Assembly: GCF_006345805.1 (NCBI RefSeq)
Contig: NW_021835997.1
Span: 1 to 64,000 of the forward strand
Source of the DNA: Octopus sinensis
Lineage: Eukaryota
DNA: 64,000 nucleotides
Direction: 5' to 3'
Shown here piece after piece: positions 52,660-62,728 of this stretch. Below the pieces are notes generated by a model. It saw only the letters and a program-made list of their open reading frames with translations. It searched no databases and was not told where the DNA came from. The translations under genes and the position numbers were made by a program. Each line of letters opens with the position of its first letter. Positions within the stretch are counted from its first letter, which is position 1.

Positions 52660-53410
52660 GGCGACCAACTTCATTCCATTTCCCAACTCAAGACTGACCC
52701 AACATTCGTGGTGGAGGCAATCCACAACCAGCAGTTCCCCATCCTCCACTTGCTGGTCGAGTATGGCTTCACTAAGTCTGGTCGGTCTCTGGGTACTCCT
52801 TCAGGCATATTCCAGTCTCGGGGGCCACTGCTCTTATTGCTGCGGGCCAGTTCTACGAGATCACTGTTGGGCAAGGACTCGGATCCGAACGAATTCGACT
52901 TGCACTACTCCCCTCATGTACGCAGTCAGGGAGAACGACACAGCACTCGTCCGACTACTCCTCCGATATGGAGCCTCCACCAAAGTGCCTCCCAAGCCGG
53001 AAAAGTCGTCGGAGAGTGGGTGGTCAGTTGTAGTCTCGCCGTGTGTTTGCAAGTGTGGGGCAGTGCAGAAGGGGACACCCATTCACGTATGCCCTCTCTC
53101 CATTGATAGGAGGACGCCTATGAGAATCCATCATTCTCAGTATTCGTGAAAAGAACGTCGAGTTGCTTAAATTATTGATGGAGTACAAGCAATACACTCT
53201 CCACAGTGTTGTCAATGGCTATAGTGCTCTCATTGAGGCAGTCAAGTACCGGTCGGATCAGATCATCGACGTGCTGTTGGAGATGCCTGGTTGTCCACCC
53301 AGACTGACTGTGTTTAGATGTCGTCAGTGGAATTAATGATGTCTGTGGGTCTGGGTTAAAGACGGCTCTGTCCATGGCGTGCAAGACAGGATCTCATTTT
53401 TGAACTATTC
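52660..53410 (+). CDS. Ankyrin-repeat protein fragment
   Basis: TPLMYAVRENDTALVRLLLRYGAS, SALIEAVKYRSDQIIDVLL and TALSMACKTG. Confidence 0.7.
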
Positions 53411-53849
53411 CCTGTTTCAACTAATGTTGATAATTCTCGTCTTTTAGAGATATTCTGTTATTTTCAGTTTTAATTGTCGTGCCTGAGTGCGTTGTGCTTC
53501 TTGGTCTTCCTAATTGTGTCGTGTGAAATTATAACTTGTGAGCATTCTGCCACATTTTGTAGTAAGATGGTCAGCTGTTATCTTTGTTGATTTACAATGA
53601 TTGAATAACAATTTCGGTCTAGCGTAAATACAGCATTCCTCAGTTAAAGGAAAGCTATTTCCCTGTATTAGTGACCCTCCAGATTCAAATTTACGTCCGT
53701 ATTTTCTTGTCTCTTAATTGTCGGTTTATTTTCATTTTCTTCTAGCAGATCTCCTTCTGTTCTTTGGACGCCCATCTCTTTGCATTGCCAATGTTTCAAT
53801 AGACAAAATCGACAATATAGAATTGCTTTGCTAATTGGGGAGTTGTCTT

Positions 53850-54890
53850 CTTACTTGATTCAAGATGATGGTATTCACTGCAGGCACACTCAGGCACTTG
53901 AATAGCACAGAATGGGTTGACTTGTCGTTGATTCGTTCTAGTAAAAATTTCTTTGTATTTCTTTGGCAGTTTCGAGGTTTACCCAAAGGAATCCTTACTT
54001 CTGAACGACATGTTGTTCTACCATCGTGGATCCACGGCATAATCCAGAATCAGACTTTGGCCACATTCATTCACATTGTATTGGATATGGCTGTATTCGA
54101 GAGGGCTCTGTTGGGGTGATTGGAAATGTTTACACAAACTGTTTTTTGGATTGTCTTAGCATTTGCCTGTGATATTCTCCTCTAGTTGAGATCATATATA
54201 AAAACATTAATTTATTGTCGAGAAATTAACTGTGTAATAACAGAAATTAGAGAAATAAAAGCATAAATAAAAACAGGCCAATCCGTCACTCTGGAAAGGG
54301 ATTTGTGAATTGTCTCAATCAAACGCCTACATTGAACTATTTCAAAGTCTTGAATAGAAAGTCTCAAAGTAATTCTGTCTCCAAGAGATGTGACAGTTCG
54401 ATTGAGTAACAACCCAAGATTGTCGTAGACTTGTCCACTCATGTCATTCATCAGACAGACACGACAGCCATTGCTAGTGATATGCTTGTGACTGAACTCA
54501 GAGAATACAAAATAGATCGATACACACACGTTTCACCAGTCTGTCCATCTGGCCTATCACTGCTATTAATTGTCTTTCTGAGGTTTCTTTGAATCTCCTC
54601 ACTACTTGTTGGAGTCTTATCACCGAGTATTGACAGTCCAGCCTTTGTGGATTGGAATATGTATTATTAGGCGGGTCAGCGTGGTTGGATTCCTGGTCCT
54701 GCTTAAATGATTCTAATTCTATTTCTACTGCCTTGCATTTGAGTGACCAGTATGTGGACTGATTAATCACCCTACAGTAGCCTACAGTCCGGATTAACTT
54801 AAATCTCTGCAAATTAATGTAGTCTTCCATTTTGTCGTGCTCTGGTTTGGATTTTATCATATAAAGTGCGAGGGTTACTTTCCAGCACAT
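53850..54890 (-). other. Unidentified multi-exon coding segment
   Basis: Consecutive minus-strand ORFs 54498-54890 and 54212-54529 with GT-AG breaks; no motif recognised. Confidence 0.3.
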
Positions 54891-55133
54891 TGCTATCCGT
54901 TCTTCGAAACAGTCATCACAAAAAAATACGATAGGAAATTTTCAGAAATTTTCACTTTAAACACTTTTTAAACACTTTTTAGTGTTTCAGAATTGTTCAA
55001 TTAATTTTCTTATTTTTGAACAAATTTAACCACTTTTAAATTTATGTTTAAAGTTAATATTAAATTTAGTTAATTTCAAATAAAAATATATTTCAGCGCG
55101 TTTGTTGTGTTTTGTATTCCTAATTCTCTAGGC

Positions 55134-55200
55134 CAGGGTTTCTCAAGTTTTTTAACGTCGGGGCCAAATCGATAATTAACCATTGTCTTCGGGGCCGCAG
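55134..55200 (+). mobile_element. hAT (Charlie-like) left end
   Basis: cagggtttctcaagttttt...ggggcc preceded by ctctaggc (NTCTAGAN-like target); partner end not found. Confidence 0.6.
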
Positions 55201-55577
55201 AATAAATTAAATTAAAACTTTCATTAACTTTTAACTAATTTTTTTTTAGATTCATTTTTTATTCAGAAACCGAGATAGTTAGTCTTAATTAATTAAAGGA
55301 AAATGACTAAAACGAAAAATTGTTAACTAAAACGAAAAATTGTTAGCTATTTTAACTAATTGTTAACTAATTTGTCATAACACGGAATATAGGAGGCACA
55401 TGTAGATCGCAAAAGCTGGCATAAGTGATTATCAGTCAATTTATTTCGATATTTATTTTTTATGTGAATCATTTTACTGAAAATTGACTCACATAAATAA
55501 GTGGATCCGAACATTGAAGCATATTTATAAGCATTTATGAGTATATTCGGATATTTTTAGGCCAATAATAACATCAC

Positions 55578-56095
55578 ATGCCTAAATTTTCAGATTTTAA
55601 TTTTGATCTCCGAATATTAAGTGTCAAAATTGGTTGTTGTATTGACAGGGAATAGAAGACCTCGGATGGGCCGAACCAACCCAAATCCAAGAAAAGATAA
55701 TTTCACTTGTGGTGAAGGAAGGGACATTGTGGCTCGAGCCTGCACTGGCTCAGGAAAGACAGGCGCATTCCTCTTCCCCATCATCCAATCGACCCTCTCC
55801 ACAGTTTGCCACCCAAATCACGCCAAAGTGTCACTCTGATGACATAATCCGGATTGTTTTGTGCCCTACGAAGGAAGTATCTCACCAAACACACAAATTC
55901 CTCAAGAAAGTGTGCAAATATGCAGAAAAAGTGACCTCAGTCAACCTCTCCGACGACACAAGTGTGGAATTTCAGGAATATGTCCACGTCTCCTATTTAA
56001 GGTCGTTGCTGACGAACTACAAGCCGAATATAATAATTTCGACATACAAGCCTCTACTCCACCATTTGCACTCCCAAAAGATCCAAATCAACCCA
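55578..56095 (+). pseudogene. DDX56: DEAD-box helicase DDX56/DBP9, 5' fragment
   Basis: MPKFSDFNFDLRILS|GIEDLGWAEPTQIQE...GRDIVARACTGSGKTGAF...LCPTKE; breaks before the DEAD box at a LINE junction. DEAD-box identity is firm, the DDX56 assignment less so. Confidence 0.75.
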
Positions 56096-57098
56096 CTGCA
56101 AGGCATATCACGACCTGGATCGGAGAACGCAGAAACTCAGACGGACACTCAATCAAAATATATAACCAAATTGACTACATACTGTGCCGACAATCACAGA
56201 AAGCTTTACTCTGTGACGCCAGAACATATGGAGGAACGCTAACATCGAGTGACCATAAACTATTGGTAATCAAACTTCTCCTAAAGAGAAGATTTTGGAT
56301 TAACAGAGTCGAAAACAGACACAGAGAAGCCAGATTTGCAGTCGAACTCTTAAGAAACTATCCTGTCTACAGAAATAACTACTCAGCTAAAATATCACAA
56401 ATCATAAAATCGATCAATCTCAATTTACCTGCTGGAAGTATATGGAATAAACTCAAAAACAAAATAAAATCAGTGGCTAAACATACGATTAGGACAATTC
56501 CCAAAACCTTCAAAGGGATACACGACCCACAAATAGATTACCTCTCTTATATACAAAAGGATTTACGTATCAAACACATAAATACCCAAAACCGAGTGAA
56601 AGTAGCTGAGTTCAAAATTCAAAGTAACAAATCATGCGCGAAATCAAGAAAAAATGTCAGAAAAACTACGAAACAAGGCTACAAAACCTTGCAAATGAAG
56701 TGGGGAAGTACAAAAACGAAGCGCAAATGTTTGCATCTGTAAAGATGCTAGCGCGAAAGAAGAAATCGGAAAACCTAACAATTCATGATGAGCTCGGAAA
56801 AACGATTTAAAACAACCAGGAACGCACAGACACTATAGTCGACCACTTTGAAAAATATTTCAATTTCGAAAACGGAGAAACGCTTTACCCTTTCGATGGA
56901 GCGCCCAGAAAACTATCTAAAGAAATCACCTTATCGCAAGTTAAAATATCTGTGTCCAGACTAAACAACTCAAAAGCTCCAGATCCAGATAATGTTAATG
57001 CAGAACTCATAAAATATGCTCATGAAGAGCTCCAAAAACTTATTACTTACATTTTGAACAAAACTTTTGAAAAACACTCCAGAATTAATATCGGAAAG
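56096..57098 (+). mobile_element. RTE-type LINE fragment (copy 2; end of APE to start of RT)
   Basis: RHITTWIG...NQIDYIL...SDHKLL and SRLNNSKAPDPDNVNAELIKY. Confidence 0.9.
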
Positions 57099-57148
57099 TT
57101 AAATTTTTTTGCTTATTTTTTCAAAATTATTGCTTTTATCTAATATTT

Positions 57149-58628
57149 AGTCCCGTCCAAATGTTAGAGGCACCCTATTTTTTTCCTAAAAAAGGCACTT
57201 ATTTGTCATTTTTTGAAAAAAGTTTTTTGTTAATAACAAACTATTGAATAAAAAATCTTAACCTAAAATTTTTGAGCACATTTAGTTTATAATGTGTATT
57301 TACTAAGAAACTCAAAATAATACATCGTTCATATGTTAGAGGCACATTTCAATAACGAAAGACAAAATTATCCAAAAATTTAATATTTAGTCATTCCTCC
57401 ATTATTTATGACTACCGAAGATATTCTTCTTGGAATTGACTCAAAAAGCTAAATAACCACACCTGTATCAATGTTTTCCCAGGCCTTCTTTGTTTCATTC
57501 CATAATTTTTGAATCGTTGATGCTCCACAGTTTTTAACTTCTTTTTTTAAAATTGCCCATAGATTTTCAATTATATTTAAGTCAGGAGATTGACTTGGCC
57601 ATTTTTCCATGAGTTTTATGTTGTTTTCGGCCATAAACGCTCTAGTGAATTTTGATGTATGACATGTTGCTCCATCTTGTTGAAGAAAATAATTTTCTTC
57701 ATAAAAATTTTCAAATCCTTCTTTTATAACGCGTTGATATTCGGCGGAGTCGACTGTTTTTCGGCAAAGGACAATTGATCTTTGCCCATTGCTTTTAATT
57801 GCTCCCCATATCGTAATTGATAAAGGGAATTTCACAGTTTCGATTGAATATTCTTTCTGTAATTTTGATCCAGGGGGTCTTCTTATGTATTGCCTAGACA
57901 TCTGATTTAACTGAATCCGGCATTCATCAGAAAATATCACTAAATTCCAGTCGTTTTGATTCCACGGAATTTTAGTAAGACACCATGTATACCTTTTTCA
58001 ACCTGAGATGCAGTCAATTTTGGTTTTTTTCACTGCAATGCGTCCGAATAAATTGTTGCGTCTCAAAATTCGTTTAATTGTCGAAAGACTCACTTTTCCG
58101 GAAAAGTTACAGCATATAAGAAGATCGTTGGTGGTCATTTTTGGGTGTAATTTTGACATTCTGATAAGATAGCGTTCATCATTTTTGGTTAATTTTTTGT
58201 TCCTTCCCTTTTTTGGCATATCGTTATATAAATATCCGTGTAAAAATCGCTTTTTAATTTTTTGAATGGCACAACGAGAGATTCCCAAATCTTTGGATAT
58301 TTTCACTTGAGATTCGCCAAATTTTAATTTTTCGATGACGAGAAACCTGTTATAGACTGATACACGAGGCATTTGAATTTTTTATTAGAATTAATAATAA
58401 TAAATTATAGAATTATTGCTTTTTACATAGGTGCCTCTAACATATGAGCGACCAATTATTTTTTGTTTTCAAGTTTGAGAATACTATCGGTCGAATATTT
58501 ATAAAAACTTTGGAAATGTTTAATTTCCTTTAAAAACTTAAATTATTCTTTGAAATCTTTCGAAAAATAATAAATAAGTGCCTTTTTAGGGAAAAAAATA
58601 GGGTGCCTCTAACATTTGGACGGGACTG
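57149..58628 (-). mobile_element. Tc1/mariner DNA transposon with IR/DR ends
   Basis: TIR (c)agtcccgtccaaatgttagaggcacccta at 57149 and inverted at 58628, followed by TA; inner repeat atgttagaggcac at ~57333 and inverted at ~58430. Confidence 0.95.
57380..58372 (-). pseudogene. Tc1-like transposase, DD35E
   Basis: HTH N-terminus, IFSDE, QQDGATCH and WPSQSPDLNIIENLW; compensating +1/-1 homopolymer shifts at ~58000-58030 and a TAG at ~57449. Confidence 0.92.
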
Positions 58629-58660
58629 TATATAGTGGCGTGCGGTCCTCTTTGTCTCTT

Positions 58661-61436
58661 TGCCTCCCAATACACAACACACAGAGCCTCCAACCCGCTT
58701 TAAGAGGAAAGCACCAACTATCGACGTTGAGCTTACCTCTATGATTCGCAAAATAATCGCTATATGCGATGAAAAAGGCCTCGATATCAACAATCTGTTG
58801 TCCCTTTCTCTTGGAAGGGAAAGGATTGATCAGGCGTGAGCCCCTTTCTGTCTATTATCGCTGTGAACGCACGTTCTCTAAAGAGAAGGCGTTCAGAGAT
58901 TGAGGATATGTTATCCCATAACCCCGTGGACCTTTTGATCGTAAACGAAACAAAAATCAAAAAACATGATGATTACTACTTGGATGGCTATCGTTCCCTT
59001 GATATTAAGTGGAAGCCGGGCTCGATCGCTGGAACAGGCACTTCTATCTACTACAAATCAACTCTAAGGGTGAAAAATCTAAAAATTGTGTCCGAGGAAT
59101 TGTGTGAATTCCTCACAATCGACGTCCTTCTGGAAAAAGGGTGGGTAACAATCGGAGGGATGTACTCAAAATCCCTTTCCAATTATTCATCGCTTATCAA
59201 GGACTTTTTTGCCGATAAATGCCAAATGCACATCTTTTGGCTGTCTGAGAACCAACAGGGATGGCATCATTCTTAAGAAGCTTTCAGAATCTCTCAGTTT
59301 CTCGGTCATCACATCAAAAACCCCAAATCATTACTCACCAGGAGGGTGGGACTATTTGGGCGTAGCATTGGTCTCTATGTCTACTCTTCAATTTATGGAA
59401 CAACCGTACACCTTAAATGATATTGGAAGTGACCATCTACCAATTTTATACAAACTCAACCTGGGACCTTTAAAGGGTAAACCAACTTTTATACGATATA
59501 ACCTCTCGACTATAAACTGGGAACACTACCGAAAATGTTTTACACTTTATCTGAGCAATTTCGCTCCTAAACTTGACGAAAATTCTTCATCTGAGGACCT
59601 CGAGAAGTCTAGCAATTCCCTTATTGGATACATAAAGTCTTATCTGGAAACATATTCTACAAAAATCGTCTCAAACAATAGGAAAACTCACATGCCAAAC
59701 ATGAATGTTGAAATCCTACTAAGGAAAAAACAATGTCTAAGGAACAAACTCCGGCGCTGCGCAGATTTTCGTGACCGGTCCGTTTTGGAAAGTGAAATCT
59801 TCACCATTACGGAAGAAATAAGAAAATCGGCGAAGGTGGCGAAGGATAAAAAATGGAATACTGAGTGCAAAAAGCTACATAAAGGAAGTCCAAATTTTTG
59901 GAAGGTCTACTCGAAATTAACCTCGACGTCTGAGAAAACTATACCTAAACTGCTAAAACAAGATGGATCCCCTGCATCTCATGAAGAAATCCCGAACATA
60001 TTTGCTGATAGTCTCAAAAGAATACAAGAAGTCAATCCGGATACAAATCTATCTGATTCAGCTTTGTTTGATATGGAAAAAGAGTTGGAAGACAATCTTA
60101 GCTCATTACCAATGTGCTCGGAATCTATAACGTGCAAAGACGTGGAAAATGCAGTTAGATACTCCAAAAATAACGCTCCGGGAAAGGACAAGATAACCAT
60201 GCGCATGTTCAAAGAAGCTCCCAAGCAACTTTACGAATATTTGGGATGTCTCTTCTCCCGCAGTGTGAGCTTGGGATACGTCCCTTCTTCATGGAAACTG
60301 ACGGAGGTAAGGATGATACGGAAGCCTGGAAAACCTGGTTACTTGGCGACAAGTTATAGGCCTATAAGCCTAATTCCTACCATCAGTCGAATAATGGAAA
60401 GGGTAATGTTTGAACGACTCTCTGAACACGTCGAGAGAAATGGTTATCTCAAAGACGTGCAGTGGGGCTTTCGGAGGGGTCGTTCCTGTGCTGACTGTCT
60501 TTATACACTCAATTCGTCGATTGTAAAGGCTCTGGATTTCAAAGAGTGTCTGACAATTGTGTCTCTAGACATCTCAAAAGCCTTTGATATGGTTTGGCAC
60601 CTCGGTCTCCTTAGACATCTGGCGAAGTGTCACATAGACAAAGGACTATTCCTATGGCTAAAAGACTTCCTCCGCGACAGGCGCTCTGTGATAAGCTTTC
60701 TGAACTATGACTCGGATGAACTGAAACTTAAAAGAGGCGTCCCTCAAGGATCAGTCCTCAGTCCTCTATTATTCAACATTGTGATGAGCAATCTGCCGTC
60801 TCCTGTCAACACACGGACGGAAATTTTGATATACGCCGATGATGTTGTAATCCTTGACATTTCATCGAAACCTGCCTTATCCGAACAAAGGATTATATCA
60901 TATATGAATACAGTGGAGCAATGGTGCGATGAAAATATGTTCATTATTGCGCGTGAGAAGTCCGCATTACTGAGAATCACAGAAAGCAGAAATTTAATAA
61001 ATTTACCGTGCCTGATCAAGAACATACCTCGACAAAACTCAATTAAATATCTTGGCTTGTTCATCGATGAAAAGGGAAACTATCTCGAAAACGCAAAATT
61101 AAGTAAAAGGAAAGCAACTAATGCTCTGTTCTGCCTGAGGAAGTTAAATTTGGAGCCTGATACTTTCCTCTACGTTTTCAATACGGTGATCCTACCGGGA
61201 CTACTATACGGAAAAGAGGGATGGTACTTCTCTAAAAAGAAGGACACCATCTTAACTAAATTTGAAAAGTCTCGCAGGCTCGCTTTGAAGCTTGCTTACC
61301 ACCAAAAAGTTGAAGATCCAATCCCCCTGTGGCTTGAAAGTAAATCCTCCATGGTCGGTGAAACTGTCGAAAAAGCTATAAGTGGTTATAAATCCAACTC
61401 AATTGTCACTGGGACGTACCTGCAGAGGTAGAAAAG

Positions 61437-61474
<38 letters not shown>

Positions 61475-61597
61475 ACTTGAGGGGGTCTCTTTTTTTCTGG
61501 GAAGAAGTCGATAGGGTAGTCCTATTGTTTCATTATACAAACTCCCCCCTAACCTTTAACCCTTCTCTGTTTCCAATAAAACTTCCTTCCTTCCTTC
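58661..61597 (+). mobile_element. 5'-truncated I/Jockey-like LINE with 11-bp TSD
   Basis: TSD ctttgtctctt at 58650-58660 and 61598-61608; end of ORF1 (stop 58839), ORF2, 3'UTR with internal A-run, AATAAA and (TTCC)4 tail. Confidence 0.92.
58836..61431 (+). CDS. LINE ORF2 (APE + RT), one frameshift near 59210
   Basis: NARSL...NET...SDHLPI (APE); APGKDKI, YRPISL, QWGFRRG, LDISKAFDMV, GVPQGSVLSPLLF, YADD and KYLG (RT). Confidence 0.93.
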
Positions 61598-62728
61598 CTT
61601 TGTCTCTTATTGCGCCATTTTGCGTTCCCCCACATTCTATATTTTTGTATATAATTTTTGCTACACGAACCTCTCAACAGTCTGGGTATGTGCACCGGTC
61701 TTCGGGTCTACAAAATTTCGTCTGCAAATTTATAAATGAATTATAATAAACTTGTGATTAACTGCAAGATGCACATATGCAAGAGCATTAAGATCTGGGG
61801 TTGAATAACCTATTAACAAGAATAAAGTAATTACAATTACCCTTCCATTTGTCAGAGTGTATCACTGAACCCGGTGCGATATTTCGCTGTATCGCTGCGG
61901 TTAACGTTCTTTTGGAGCGATCTGGTACCATCTCCAGGAAACAGTCTTTTGTTCCACGACAGATTCCCCCAAACACCCATTGTTGAGGGAGAATCCGTCC
62001 CGCATTATTTTTTCTTTTCGAAAACATACTTTCGTCAACTTCTACGACATTTTCAATTCCACCTATGCAATCTAATAATGTAATATAATACCAATCAGTG
62101 TGTTCGGACGATTTGCTAAATATGCAGCACATACCTCCAGCAGCGAGTGAGACCAATTACATATCGTTTGGCCACTCCATTCCAGTTGACGCCGACACCA
62201 TAAAATGGTGTGTCTGTCGAAGCTCCACATATAAATAAAACGAATACAAGATTCGAAGGACACTTTTCGTGATTCATGAAATAGAAAAGTACCCTTTTAT
62301 GTATTAAAATTGGTATTTAAAGGCAGCTGAGTAGTCGAGAATCTGTTGGTAACTCTCTTGTTCTCTAGTTTGACTTCAAGCGGCTGCCTGCGCGAGTAGC
62401 TCCGTTTGGGTTTGAGAAATTACGCCGTCATGGATATCTCTTCACATACAGATTTCAAACATGATAAAATGTCACGAGTTTCCTACTAGCCAACAGTTGC
62501 ACTCCAACAGAAATAAAACTTTAGCCACCCACGGTTCTCGGATTTGCGATGTTCTTGTTGGAAAATTAAATATTTTTCAAATTAGTCACAAAATTTTAAA
62601 GAACCAAAAATTGCAAATTTTCGAGAGTCAAGGTTTTTTAATAATTATTGAAAATAATTTTGTAAAATTTGGTGACAAAGGTTATTTAAAATATATCAAC
62701 AAGACTATTTATTTAAAAAAATTGAAAA

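Larger units (their letters stand above)
58631..62600 (-). mobile_element. Merlin / ISXO2-like (IS1595-related) transposase with four mini-introns, split by a LINE
   Basis: Spliced: IRFIYMWS...ICNW...LIG|GIENVVEVDESMFSKRKNNAGR...WVFGG...SDKWKG|Y...VNHK|RNFVDPKTGAHTQTVER|MWGNAKWRNKRQR, resuming as (G)TARHY on the far side of the LINE; 5' boundary approximate. Confidence 0.88.

Noticed and set aside
14380-57460. Stop-codon reassignment (TGA at a Trp and TAA at a Glu position in HIRA; TAA at a Glu position in the RLE element)
   Set aside because: A TGA also replaces a conserved Gly (KYL*VLE). The stops occur only in sequences that also have frameshifts or deletions. Intact H3, PRDX6 and the long LINE ORF2 use TAA/TAG only as terminators. 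Point mutation explains the pattern better.
61432-61471. Poly(A) run as the LINE 3' terminus
   Set aside because: The TSD at 61598-61608 places the end ~125 nt further downstream
61600-62600. Bacterial IS1595 contamination
   Set aside because: The transposase has spliceosomal introns and is physically nested with eukaryotic LINE and Tc1 elements
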